From assembly GCA_037379345.1 (NCBI GenBank), contig CM074520.1, positions 33,080,664 through 33,144,663 of the forward strand: a stretch of DNA of 64,000 nt. The letters are read 5' to 3'. The notes beneath the pieces are model-generated. The model did not search any database and was not told where the DNA came from. It saw only the letters and a list, made by a program, of their open reading frames with translations. Below, piece by piece: positions 22,685-37,784 of the stretch; positions within the stretch are counted from its first letter, which is position 1, and each line of letters opens with the position of its first letter. Source of the stretch: Perna viridis (taxonomy: Eukaryota). The position numbers and the translations under genes are program-made.

Positions 22685-24200
22685 ATGTCTGGATTGCACG
22701 GAAATTTCTCCGGTGATATTGCAGGCGTTATGTCTAGCCCTAGTGAAGAATTTTGGGATTCAGGATACTCAGAAGACTCCCATAAATATGAACAATTTTC
22801 GGTGAGTCTTCATATCTTTTAAACTACAAGAAATACAAGGGTTTTATTTATTTACTATTTTATAATGATTCAGAATAAAATTCTCCTTTGTATTCATCAT
22901 TAAGTTTTGGATTATCTCTGATCCTTTCACACCCCCCAAAAAAGTTGTGTTGTTCTCCTTACAAGTACACATGCTGTACATGTATTTGTAATTTTTACTT
23001 AGGAAACTCTGATCTACAAAGATTTCAGCGCAAGCGAGATAAATCTCTTCAACAACGAAGAAGAAAACGAGAAACTTTTTCAAGAGGAAATGGACGCCAT
23101 GATGAGAGAAAGAGGGGAAATAAATGATGAAACGTACATATATAACACGGATGAGCAAATTATATACGCGGTGAGTATATTGAAAAGTTTTAAAGCGTTT
23201 TTTTCTACAACAGTATTTTCGACGTTGCAATCTTTAAATCGCGTTCAAGCAGATAAAGATGCCAGTAACTAGGCGACAACTAGAATTATTTTAACCGCTA
23301 TAAAATATCCATCATGTTAAAATATTTAAAAACAAGGCGCAACACTTTAGGAAAAAGGATAGTATGATCGAAATTACCACGGAAACGAAATCGCTTCTTT
23401 AATTTGAAGTTTGTGTATGTACATTAATATATGTATTAACAAAATTTAAAACTTTCTCCAGGACAAAAAAGAAAGACCCGACGACACAAGCAGATTATTA
23501 TCCCCAACAAGCTTCAGAACATTAACCCCCGACCAAGACTTTGTGATCCCTTCGGCTAGTTTGGTCCCTGCAGTGCCATCTGAGGTTGATCACGTGGTCC
23601 ATGCAAACACATCAGACCTTGTCGGTTCAAGATCACAAGAATCCATCGCTTCTCGGAAGGGGTTTTACATTGATCACTTGGCCAGTACCACATTAGACCA
23701 TTACGGTTCAAGATCACAAGAATCCATCCCTTCTGGCAAGGAGTTTGATATTGATCCCTCGGTCAATAAAACACCAGATACTGTCAATTCAAGATCAAGA
23801 GACCTGTTGCCTTCTAGGTCGGATTCACTGCTTACAGTCGTTTCAATGGAGGAGCAGGTATGAACATTGTAGTCAAATTATAGATTTAACTTATACAAAT
23901 GTTCTGTAATGTTTTGTTCTAACGGTTCGGATTAAAAACATACAGCTATGAAATGAAATAAAATCTAAACCATTTTTTTTTGTAATATTTCAATTGACAT
24001 TCAAATGTATAATTTTTTAATCGGTGATTGTGTATATTATTTTTCAGACAAAACACTCAGTAGATGTACCTAGACTAATAGGCAGTCCTTTTATCATCAG
24101 CAAGAAACCATCCGTTATCACTCGGGCTTTTACACAAATTCGAAGATTTGGACGATTCATCAGGAAAAAGGCGAAGAAATTGTCATGTACTAGCTCATAG
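22685..24200 (+). CDS. Orphan family paralog C, complete, 277 aa; exons 22685-22801, 23003-23170, 23462-23857, 24048-24200
   Basis: Four exons (117, 168, 396, 153 nt) with phase-0 GT-AG introns (donors gtgagt, gtgagt, gtatga), from ATG to TAG without stops. MSGLHG...SSPSEEFWDSGYSEDSHKYEQFS|ETLIY...EEENEKLFQEEMDAM...|...SLLTVVSMEEQ|...QIRRFGRFIRKKAKKLSCTSS*. ATTAAA lies at about 24263. Confidence 0.85.
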
Positions 24201-27200
24201 TTTCATACATGGTGTTGGTTATTTCATTCAAATGACAAAATTGTTATCATTGTTTAGTATTTATTAAAATTATTGCTATGGTTTACAGTACTTCCTATTG
24301 ATAACCCAGTTGCTAATACAAGCTTAAGTGGGTACGGGGTCTGGCTGTTGGAATCTCCATTTTGTCGGAACTTTTACTTAAGTTTGTGCAATTTTTTTGC
24401 AACAGATAGCAAACGGTAGCTATATGAAAAAGATCAATAATACATTACTGTACGTGTTTGTTAACAGTAAGAAAATATTTGGAAGTAATGCACATAAATG
24501 AGAGAACAGTATACGGAATCGCATATTAAAAGTAACAAAAAAAGTAAAGTTCGAGATCAAAGTTTTCTCCATATTTTAAATCATATTCTTTAATGCATAT
24601 GCAGAATTACACAACTACAATGTAGTATTTTTAAGCAAAAGCTTATTAAATAAATAGGCAAAACCAGCATTCAAAAGAAAATCAGGTTATTACAAAAACA
24701 AAACGAAACAAGAAGAAAATGTCATCCACGAACATGTGCACAAATACAGTAGGAGTGACACTTGAGAAATTCTATGGTTGTGTGTCCTTATTGTATGACT
24801 AATGATGTACCGTGGTTCTCAACCCCGCATGGCAAGAATTGGGATCGATATTACATTCAATGAAAACATTTTATAGGTTTAAACGGGTCTAGAGATGGTA
24901 CGTCATGCAGTTAACTACAAGTAGTCCTTTCTTTGTTCTTGTGTAACATATGCAGTGTCTTTAATAATGTTTTAAAAAGAGATTCAAACTTTAGTTGTGT
25001 CATATTTTTTTCCACAGTGGACAATTTTAAAAGTATGTGTGTTCATGTATTCGTGTGTGGGGGAGGGGGTATCACACCAAAGTACTTTACCCCGCCGCAT
25101 TTTGCGCTTGTCCCTACTCAATATTTTTTGCCTCTGTGTGTCTTGTTTTGTTTTCACTTTCAGTGTACTATGTTGCTGAAATTTAAAGGGGCAAATATTT
25201 CGCTGTACCAGTGTATGATGTTTTGGGACCAGCTGCAGCCTGCCCAGTGGTGTTAGGGTTTCCTCGTTGTCCATTGAAGGCCCATAGGTGGCCTTGATCT
25301 GATTATTTTTCACCCCGCTTTGGTTGTTGTCTCAGATATATTCACCATATCCATTTTCGTTAAGTAAGTTAATAGCTTTCAGCATTATTACGACTTTTCG
25401 GGTTAATTTTTTAAAAGAAATCAGGATTTCACTGTAACATTCTCGAATTTTCAACAGATTCACGGAAGGTGTCTCTGTGCATGATAATTGATTGGCCTAA
25501 AATTATAATCGTTATTGTGTCATGAAATTGAACAGCCTACTGAACGATCCTCAAAAAGTTTAAGCATGGTTTCACAACTATATCATAATTCATTTTCTGT
25601 AACATACACGTTGAAAAAAATCAATATAATTTCGCTGGGGTTATCTTTCTTTGTACAGTTGTTGAGGTTTCAGAGGGTAAACAACGATTTTTTTTTCAAG
25701 TTGAAAGTTTTTGACGCAACGAAAAGAACATTTTTTAGAATTTCTAAGAAGTTCGTCTCGGGGGAAAATCTATTATTTGTTAAAGGCCATACTAAACGTT
25801 TTATTGAATTTCATATCATGCAAATGTGTTTATATGACAAAAAAATTTGAAGTACTTGTTAAAAATGGTTATAAATTTATTTGTAAATTGTACTTTAGGT
25901 CTAAGTTTGAGCTTGCCACGATTAATGATATTCATGGGGTTTACTTAAATCCCTACAATTCATGTTTTCAGGACCTTGCTCATGGCTACACGCTTATAGA
26001 TACATGTATTTGTTTGCTTCCCTTCTCGGTAGCATTGAATGGGTTAGGGAGCTATTTGCTTATACATCGTATTATTCTATGCTTTTCATTGTAATATTGG
26101 CATCTATTTGTATCTCATATGTTTGTGACATGTAATGTGGGTGGGGAGGGGGGTTTGTTTGAGGTACCAAACTGATTATATATTGTCACGCGTTTTTCGT
26201 TATATATTTGTAAACAAAGAAGGAAAAATGTCTTAAACGGTCATATAAAAAAATGTGAACCATTTTATCAAGTGTTGTGTTATAAATTCAAAGTTAAGTA
26301 TGAGTTGTTATCAGAAGTTTATAGATAACATGGTGCATGAACCGAAACTTTGATTATGAGATATTCTATATAAGAGAATAGAAATACGTGCACATTAAAA
26401 CACGTAGACAACTTACCACATCGCAGTGTCCACATATACCGGAGAAATTTCCCCGCAGATGTTGCTTGTTTCATCCAATGCATAAGATTCAATCAATGCA
26501 ATGGATTACTGCTATGGCTTGTCGACTATTATACTAGACAGCGATTTATAAAACTCGATTTTTTTTCTTAGATTAAAAAGATCTATATTAATACCTTTAT
26601 ATGAATCGTCGAGAGATTACAACTGTCGATATCACAGAAATGAATAAAATAAAAAAGTTGGGAATAAACATCTTTCCTTCGTCGAAACATCCGGGAGATC
26701 TGTTTTGGCGGGAGCTTCTCATTCACATCATTTATGCTTTCCAACTTTTCGACTTGTGAGAGATGATGTGTGAAATTTGAACATTTCTTATTGTATTAGA
26801 TTGAGTTGATTTCATAATTGGAAAAAAGAATTGTAACAAAAAAACACAACAAAACACAAAAAAAAATCTGAAGTGAAAAACCAAGAATCGATTTCATTTC
26901 TAGTGCAATGCACGTGATGTATGATCTATGATAAAATTTCCTTGCTTGCCATTATTTTCGTTGGAAAAAAAAATTGTGGTTTTACATATAAGGGAAATCA
27001 TTGTTTGTAATGATGTAAAACCCACGAGTTGGTTGTTTAGACATTAAGTGTAAGTGTTTGTAAAAATCAGGCAAAATGGGAAAAATCAGAAACATGCATG
27101 TCAAAACCCCACCAATCTGACAATGTAATATCACTCAAGGATACTTTCTCTATTTGAAAATACCATTATTTAATCTCTGCATCACTAGCTTTGCGCTGAT

Positions 27201-28804
27201 TTTTTTCAATAGAATCTTAGAAAAATGAGGTTTTTGACAGAGTAACATGCCCGTGAAATGTTCATTTTCAGTGCATTCCAATGAAATTGTAACTCAATGG
27301 TTCATCATGATATAGAAAATCTTGTCTATTTCCCTTGATTCTGTTAGTGCAAATAGTCAAATTACGCTATCAAAATTATTGTTTTTTTCACACCATGTTT
27401 CACCCGGCACTGCCTGATTCTTACAGGGACTGGCACTTAAAAGTTCGGCATGTGTTTGTTTCTTGTAAAACTCCCGTACATTGAATAGGATCGTCATTGA
27501 TGCGTACGCAGTAAACTGTGGTTCACACTCTATATCTCCCTCAAGAGAAATTTGATTTCTTTAAATACCGTTTCATTGCAAATAAGTAAATATTATACGA
27601 ATGTTCTGTGGCAAGTTGGAACCCATCCTCCTTTTTCGAAGAAGTTAATTTTGAGCAAATTTTCGGTAAGAAATTAGCAAATGACACCCTCAATGCCCCT
27701 TTCTACATAAATGTCTGGATCGGAACTATCGCAACTTGTCATTGTTGGTCGTTTGGGATTTACTTCCAAATTCTATCTGCACCCTTACTTTGACACAAAT
27801 ATGCAGGACATGAATTTATGCCTGTTAAGCGACGAAATATCTGCTAGCTGATTAGTTACAGACCTTTAGTAAACGTACAATTAATGCATTACATACAATT
27901 GATTTCCAATTTAAAGTATACCACTTTAAATTATTGTTCACTTGCACTTGTAGTATTTTAATTTGGCGTCGAAATGTATGAATTGCTTTTTGATGTCCGC
28001 AGTTAATTTATTGGTTCCGATTTGCATTTCGTATACGAAAATAGAAAACCCCGTTTTACTTTTACCAATAATTAACTGGCTAAGAGTACCCTTGCTACCG
28101 TGATTACCGAGTATAATTTTCCACTATTTTTTAATGAATCCGCCTCCTGCATACATGTATTATAGAGGACTTGGAAGCAGTTTTAATGTCACTATTACGA
28201 ATTCAAAATGTGTTGACACATTTACTGTTTTACTCCTCTGCGATGGGACAGTTTCCGCTAGTAGAGCAGGACACGCTAACCCTTCCGGGACACCTGATGT
28301 AAGTTCCAGTATACTGCGGGAATTTATATTGCTATGGCTTTAGTGATTTGCATCTATCTACAGTTCATAGGTAGTTAGATTTTCTTCTGTTCGCTACACT
28401 GTACGTGTAGATCGTCTTGACGTTTTGGATTTTGACGTTCGTTTAATTTTTAATGTTTCGATATTGTTTTTTTTTGGCTATAAAGTATTTTATTTCGCAC
28501 TAAAAGCTTTATATATCATATTTAATTGTACCTACGTATCGAAGACCTTGTGAGGAAGAAATAAAACAAACATAATATTTAATTTGTCATTTTGTTTTAT
28601 ATTCATTGTAGACCAAGCTACATAACAAAATTTGTTCAACAACAACAAGTAGTAGTAGAGTATTGTCCTGCAACAAAAGTAGAAAATGAGTTGTCAAGAA
28701 AATAGCACGAGAAACCTTCAGGAAATGTAGAAGTAGGATTTCAAGAGTTCGAAAAGTAGAAATATAAAATTAATTGCAAGGCAAGTTTATTGCACTGATG
28801 CAGT

Positions 28805-32821
<4,017 letters not shown>

Positions 32822-32882
32822 TTTTGCTCTTTATCTTTCGGTGACCTGCTTAGTACTAATTCAAACGAGAAAGTTTTTCACT

Positions 32883-32960
32883 TATTTATACCATCTGAAT
32901 CACTAGCGAATCAAAATCAATGTTATGTTCATAGCAACAAGAAAGGAACACTCTCATTGG
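32883..32960 (-). promoter_or_regulatory. Beta-tubulin core promoter: TATA box, X-box-like half-site, CCAAT box
   Basis: On the minus strand: TATAAATA at 32890-32883 (about 62 nt before ATG), GTTGCTATG at 32938-32930 and CCAAT at 32960-32956. Confidence 0.65.
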
Positions 32961-35445
32961 GTAGATTATCATCTTGACCTCGGGGGTTATATCATAATTC
33001 AAATTCATTGTCTGGATAAAAATAGGAATTACCGAAGGCTAGCGTAGTATTCACATAGAATTAAGATATAAACAATTAACCCGTGTAGAAAAATAATTAG
33101 AAAACAAAACAATTGATTAAAATAATTGACCAGACGCTAAATTTGTGATAATCCGATGATCATCATATTTGCGGGAGAAAGGGAGGGGGGGGGGGGGGCG
33201 GTTGCATTGCAACAAAAAATAAATTATAAAATTGGGTAGAAATATTCACGAATTTTGGGTTACATATAATAGCGGTTATACATGTACAAGAAAAAGAGGG
33301 GGACAAATGCAAAATCTTCTCAACGCTAGTTAGTACCAGTCCCGGGGTATCAGTCCAAAAACTCTTAAAAATAATCAAGACACATTAAAAATCGACCGTC
33401 ATGCGGGTTGCCTGGTGAAGCCACACGAATGTTCTTTAAATTCCAATATTGTACAAATGTGTGTGAGTCTACTTATATTTATATATGTTTGGTATTTTTA
33501 TCTTCAAACAGATGTCATATGAATTTGTAATATAACATATATTAAATATAACAAGAATTCGCAATATTTTATGATTGATATTTTTGTATATTAAGGGGAA
33601 CCATTTTTCATGGTTATTCTTGATTTGAAGGACACCAATGAAGCTGTAATATAACAAATATTAACTATTACAAGATTTCGCAATGTTTTTTTTTATATGA
33701 TTGATATTTTTGTATATTAAGGGGTACCAATTGGTTGGTTTTCATGGTTATCTTAATACAACAAAATTAGCTAAAAATGGAAACTCATGCACGAGATCGA
33801 CACATTGTAAGGGGTATGAACGGCTTTAGCCCAATAAAAGTTTATTTTAGGGGTAGTAGTCTTAAAGGAAAGACGGCATGCATGACTTTTATTATTATTA
33901 ATCAATGACTAATAAGTTTGTAAAAACTATATGATAGAAAGACTTTAAAATATGCACGATTGTCGTATGTAAATAGTTTTATCTCGTTGTTGACTGCTGA
34001 AAAATAAAGCTAAATTCGTTTTTCTCGACAAGAAAAAAACGAGGGTCGTAAATAATTGTAGAGGAAATCTTGATTCAATAATTATCATCGACATAATATA
34101 GCCAAAAAGTTATACAAATAAATTGCTCTTAGCAAAGAGTTTTGACATTAACAAAATGCTAGAACATCGAATGAAGCAGTAAAATTTAAAAATGTGAAGA
34201 ACCGCTTAAGGGGTTAGTCATTTTAAATTTCCAAAGACTAATACCATTAAGCATAAACAGTAACGGACTTGTTTTGGTTAAACCGATTATAAGGAGACTG
34301 TTTGATTATGAAGTTAGAACAGTGGATTAACTGTGTTATAGGCTTATAAAATAAAATAAATAATGAACTGATTAGAAGTTCATTTTGTGCACCTATTTTA
34401 TTCTGTGTTCAAACACGTTAGGTATCGTGTTAGTTATTCAGAATTCTCTTTGTAGGCGTTTGTTTATATCACTAGTAGAAATTTTAATAAGTGTCAATAT
34501 TTAAAGTCTGGATTAAGAAAACTGTAATAAATCCACCCATAGTAATTGATATATAAATTATGTATACTTACTTATATGAGAGTTTTTGTACACAGTATAG
34601 ACACCGAATCAATAAGTAAGATATTGGAACATCAATAATGTCAATAGTTTATTCTGCCATTAAATATTAGAGTTAACAAAAATGGTATTAAAGCGACCCA
34701 TTTTGATAAGGACTGCAGTATCTATAAATTTTGACGAAAACTATTGGCGGTCCTTCTCTTCATTGACAATTTTTTGCTGTTTTGCCAATTGGCAAACCCA
34801 TTATTTTTTCTCCTTAGCATTTACTGATGGCACTGCGGATATTGAGGTAAAGGAAGACAGGGAGACAGGGCCCGGAAAAAGGTGAGACAGCGGTATACAG
34901 GAGAGAGGATTTTTTTTTGGGGGGGTTAAGGGTAGAAGGGACGGGAGAGAGGAAAAGTACCCCTGTCCTCACCCCACAACTGATGAAGTTTGCTTTTCTG
35001 TCAACTGACCGAGAACGAACTTTCACTGGTTCCACTTACTAAGACCAAAATAATGTAAGCGTTGTATATGAAATATTGAACGTCCATGTATATACACAGT
35101 CACAGACTAATAGCTTATTCTTTTTAAGTCGCTTAGTGCGACTACATTATTTAATATGTATTTATTTCTAAAAGCTTTCTGTTGATTTAGGAATCAAATC
35201 CACTGTTGCAAGAACAAAATAAATATTGAAAAGTTTCCTCTTAACGTGAATCTATGTATGACACATAAATAGTTTCGCCTTTTATTTGGGATTGTATTGA
35301 ATACCCAGCATTGGTCGATCTCTGAGTTAGTCCCAATAATAAATAGGATTGTTGTTTAATCGATGTCCGTGATCGTAGACACAACTCAAAAGTTCTCAAA
35401 GAAAGGGTGCATTAATACTTTCAGACTGCATAGTGAATACAACTT

Positions 35446-35566
35446 GCGATAAAATTCAGATTGGAACTTTTGAAGACTTGATGTTTTTAAGGAAGGCATG
35501 GGTCAGCGATAAAATTCAGATTGGAACTTTTGAAGACTTGATGTTTTTGAGGAAGGCATGGGTCAG
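35446..35566. repeat. Near-perfect 60-bp tandem duplication within a probable degraded retroelement (about 35300-36660, minus)
   Basis: GCGATAAAATTCAG...GGCATGGGTCA occurs twice with 1 mismatch. The surrounding DNA is strongly strand-skewed, with a KIHK remnant (Penelope-like, weak). Confidence 0.8.
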
Positions 35567-36750
35567 TGGTCATCGTCTCTATGTACAAGAACAAATAATC
35601 TACTGACAATAAAAAAATGCATGGTTCCAATTGTTTGTTGTGTTGGTTATGTCAATCGATCAATCAATAGTCTGAGAATGTCTGGCTCCGTCATGTGAAT
35701 CATATACCATGTTTTGTTCTCTTATCGTAAGTTGTGCCATTTTTATCTTTATTCTGATGTTTCTAGCGATGCATTAATGCCCATCGGTTTTGTGAATCTT
35801 GCCCAGGATCAATGTTGGAACCAGATACGTTTGCATTTAGGGGATAACATGTAGGTTTTGATTATCTTTTTTTTTCTTTTATAGTACATTTACTTATGTT
35901 CTGTTCATAGTTTCAGTTGGTTTCATATTAAGAGACCACGTTTCATCATTTTCATATATGTGTATTCCTGATTGTAAATCTGTTGTTTCTTATAAGAACT
36001 TTTGTAGCACACTTGACATTGTTTTATCCCTATTAGAAGTTTTAGATTTGGTTTGTGTCGATCAAGATCTCGTTTGAGTTTTCACTTTTATATGAATTGT
36101 TCGTATTCTTTGTCCCTTGAAGTAACTGTTTGAAGCATTTTTTAGTCTCCCTATGCGTGCGTTTTTCATCCGGTTTCACCATTGACGTCTTTTTTCTACA
36201 TAATATTTCAGTTATCACTTTGATTGTTACTGTATTTTAGGGTCTATTTTAACTGTTTATTTTAGGTTTTCTAAAATTATATCTTTGACGTCGGAATTTG
36301 TTTATTGTTCCAGTTATTGATTTTATTTTATATCTACGGTCGATGTTTCAAGTTTTCTATGTTTTTTTTTATTATGGTTTCTTGCTGTTTTCTCCGCATG
36401 CCGTATTGGTTTATGATTCTCATCAAGACTCTTTTTTTCTCATGTGTGATTGACATGGCTGCATGTTCGGTAAAATTTGTTCCAAATCTGTTCAGCTAAA
36501 AGTTGTTTAGTTTGTGTATTTTTTTTCTGTTTTTAATATGTTTTTTTTTCTCATTATTCTATCGTGTAAAGTATTTTTTTTTAATTTTTCCCATACTTTT
36601 TGTTCTGGATAATCGGTTGGTTTCAATTTCTTTTTATTGCGGTTGGTGTTCAGCTATGTAGCTCCAATAGAAAAGGCTTCTGAAGTAGTAGATTGAAAAC
36701 AATACTTGTTTATGCAAATGTGAGAGAAAGATTGTATTTTCTTCCATCAT

Positions 36751-36756
36751 TTTATT
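36751..36756 (-). terminator. Probable paramyosin polyadenylation signal AATAAA
   Basis: TTTATT on the plus strand at the distal end of the putative last 3'UTR exon (which starts at 37508). Confidence 0.45.
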
Positions 36757-37784
36757 AAAAACAATAAAGCCAGAAGTAAAAGCAACAGTGACGGAATTTA
36801 TTTAGCATTGGTAGACGTACACTGTAGTTTCATGCCGTCCATAAGAGCTAACTGGTATCTAGCTGGACCTTTGAGCAAGATCTAAGTCACAACTATGTTT
36901 TACAGGAAATGCAGTCATTACCCTCTCTTGATTTTACAATAAACTTCAACAAAAATGTCAACATAATAAAAGTACTCATAAATAAGTTCAAACGACATAT
37001 ATACCTCCTTATGCAAACAGTCCTATTATTCTGTACAATTCCTTCATCATAAGTACGTGTATAAAAACAATAAAAATAACTTATTCTCTGTATATCACAA
37101 TAAAAAAACTCAATATTGCACTTTTGAAAAAAAAATAATAATAAAAATTGATCCTGTTCTTAATCGACATTCCCCTGCACATTGCCATAGCTCTTAATTT
37201 GCATACATATGCCACTGAAGACTTCCCTTTTTAGTACAAGAAAAATGAGTTCTGCCTCGCTGTGCCGAGCATTTTGGTTCTAAACAACGTATTTCTTTTT
37301 TTATGAAAAGACAAAAAATAGTTCCATGCAGCAAACACGCGCAGTAATACGCACCAGATATGAATATTCAACAAAAATATATAATCTGTACAATAATAAA
37401 TTAGGGAACAATTGGAATTATGTCTCTGTTTCTTATGTCACATTTTAAAACATTTACACAGCTTTTTTCTTTGATATGATGATACGATGATGACGCTTAT
37501 CTTGAAATCTGAAAAAAAAGGAAAAAAATGATAAACGGTCGCTTACTAAAGAATGAATAATATTACAAAGTAAACACGAAAATTTTTAATATATTACACA
37601 GAAATGCAACGATCACATACTTCATTGTGACATGATGCGGTATTTTTTAGAATACATAAAGCTTCAATTTTTAAGTATTGTTTGCTTATCTTTGTATTCC
37701 CCAATGAACAAAAACAAAATTCAAATCAACTATGCAAAATAGAAGTTCATCCCATGACTTCCGGTAATGGCTACTTACATGTGT

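Noticed and set aside
22685-24200. Paralog C as an Emi1/Emi2 (FBXO5/43) homolog because of DSGYS
   Set aside because: No F-box, zinc-binding region or RL tail is present.
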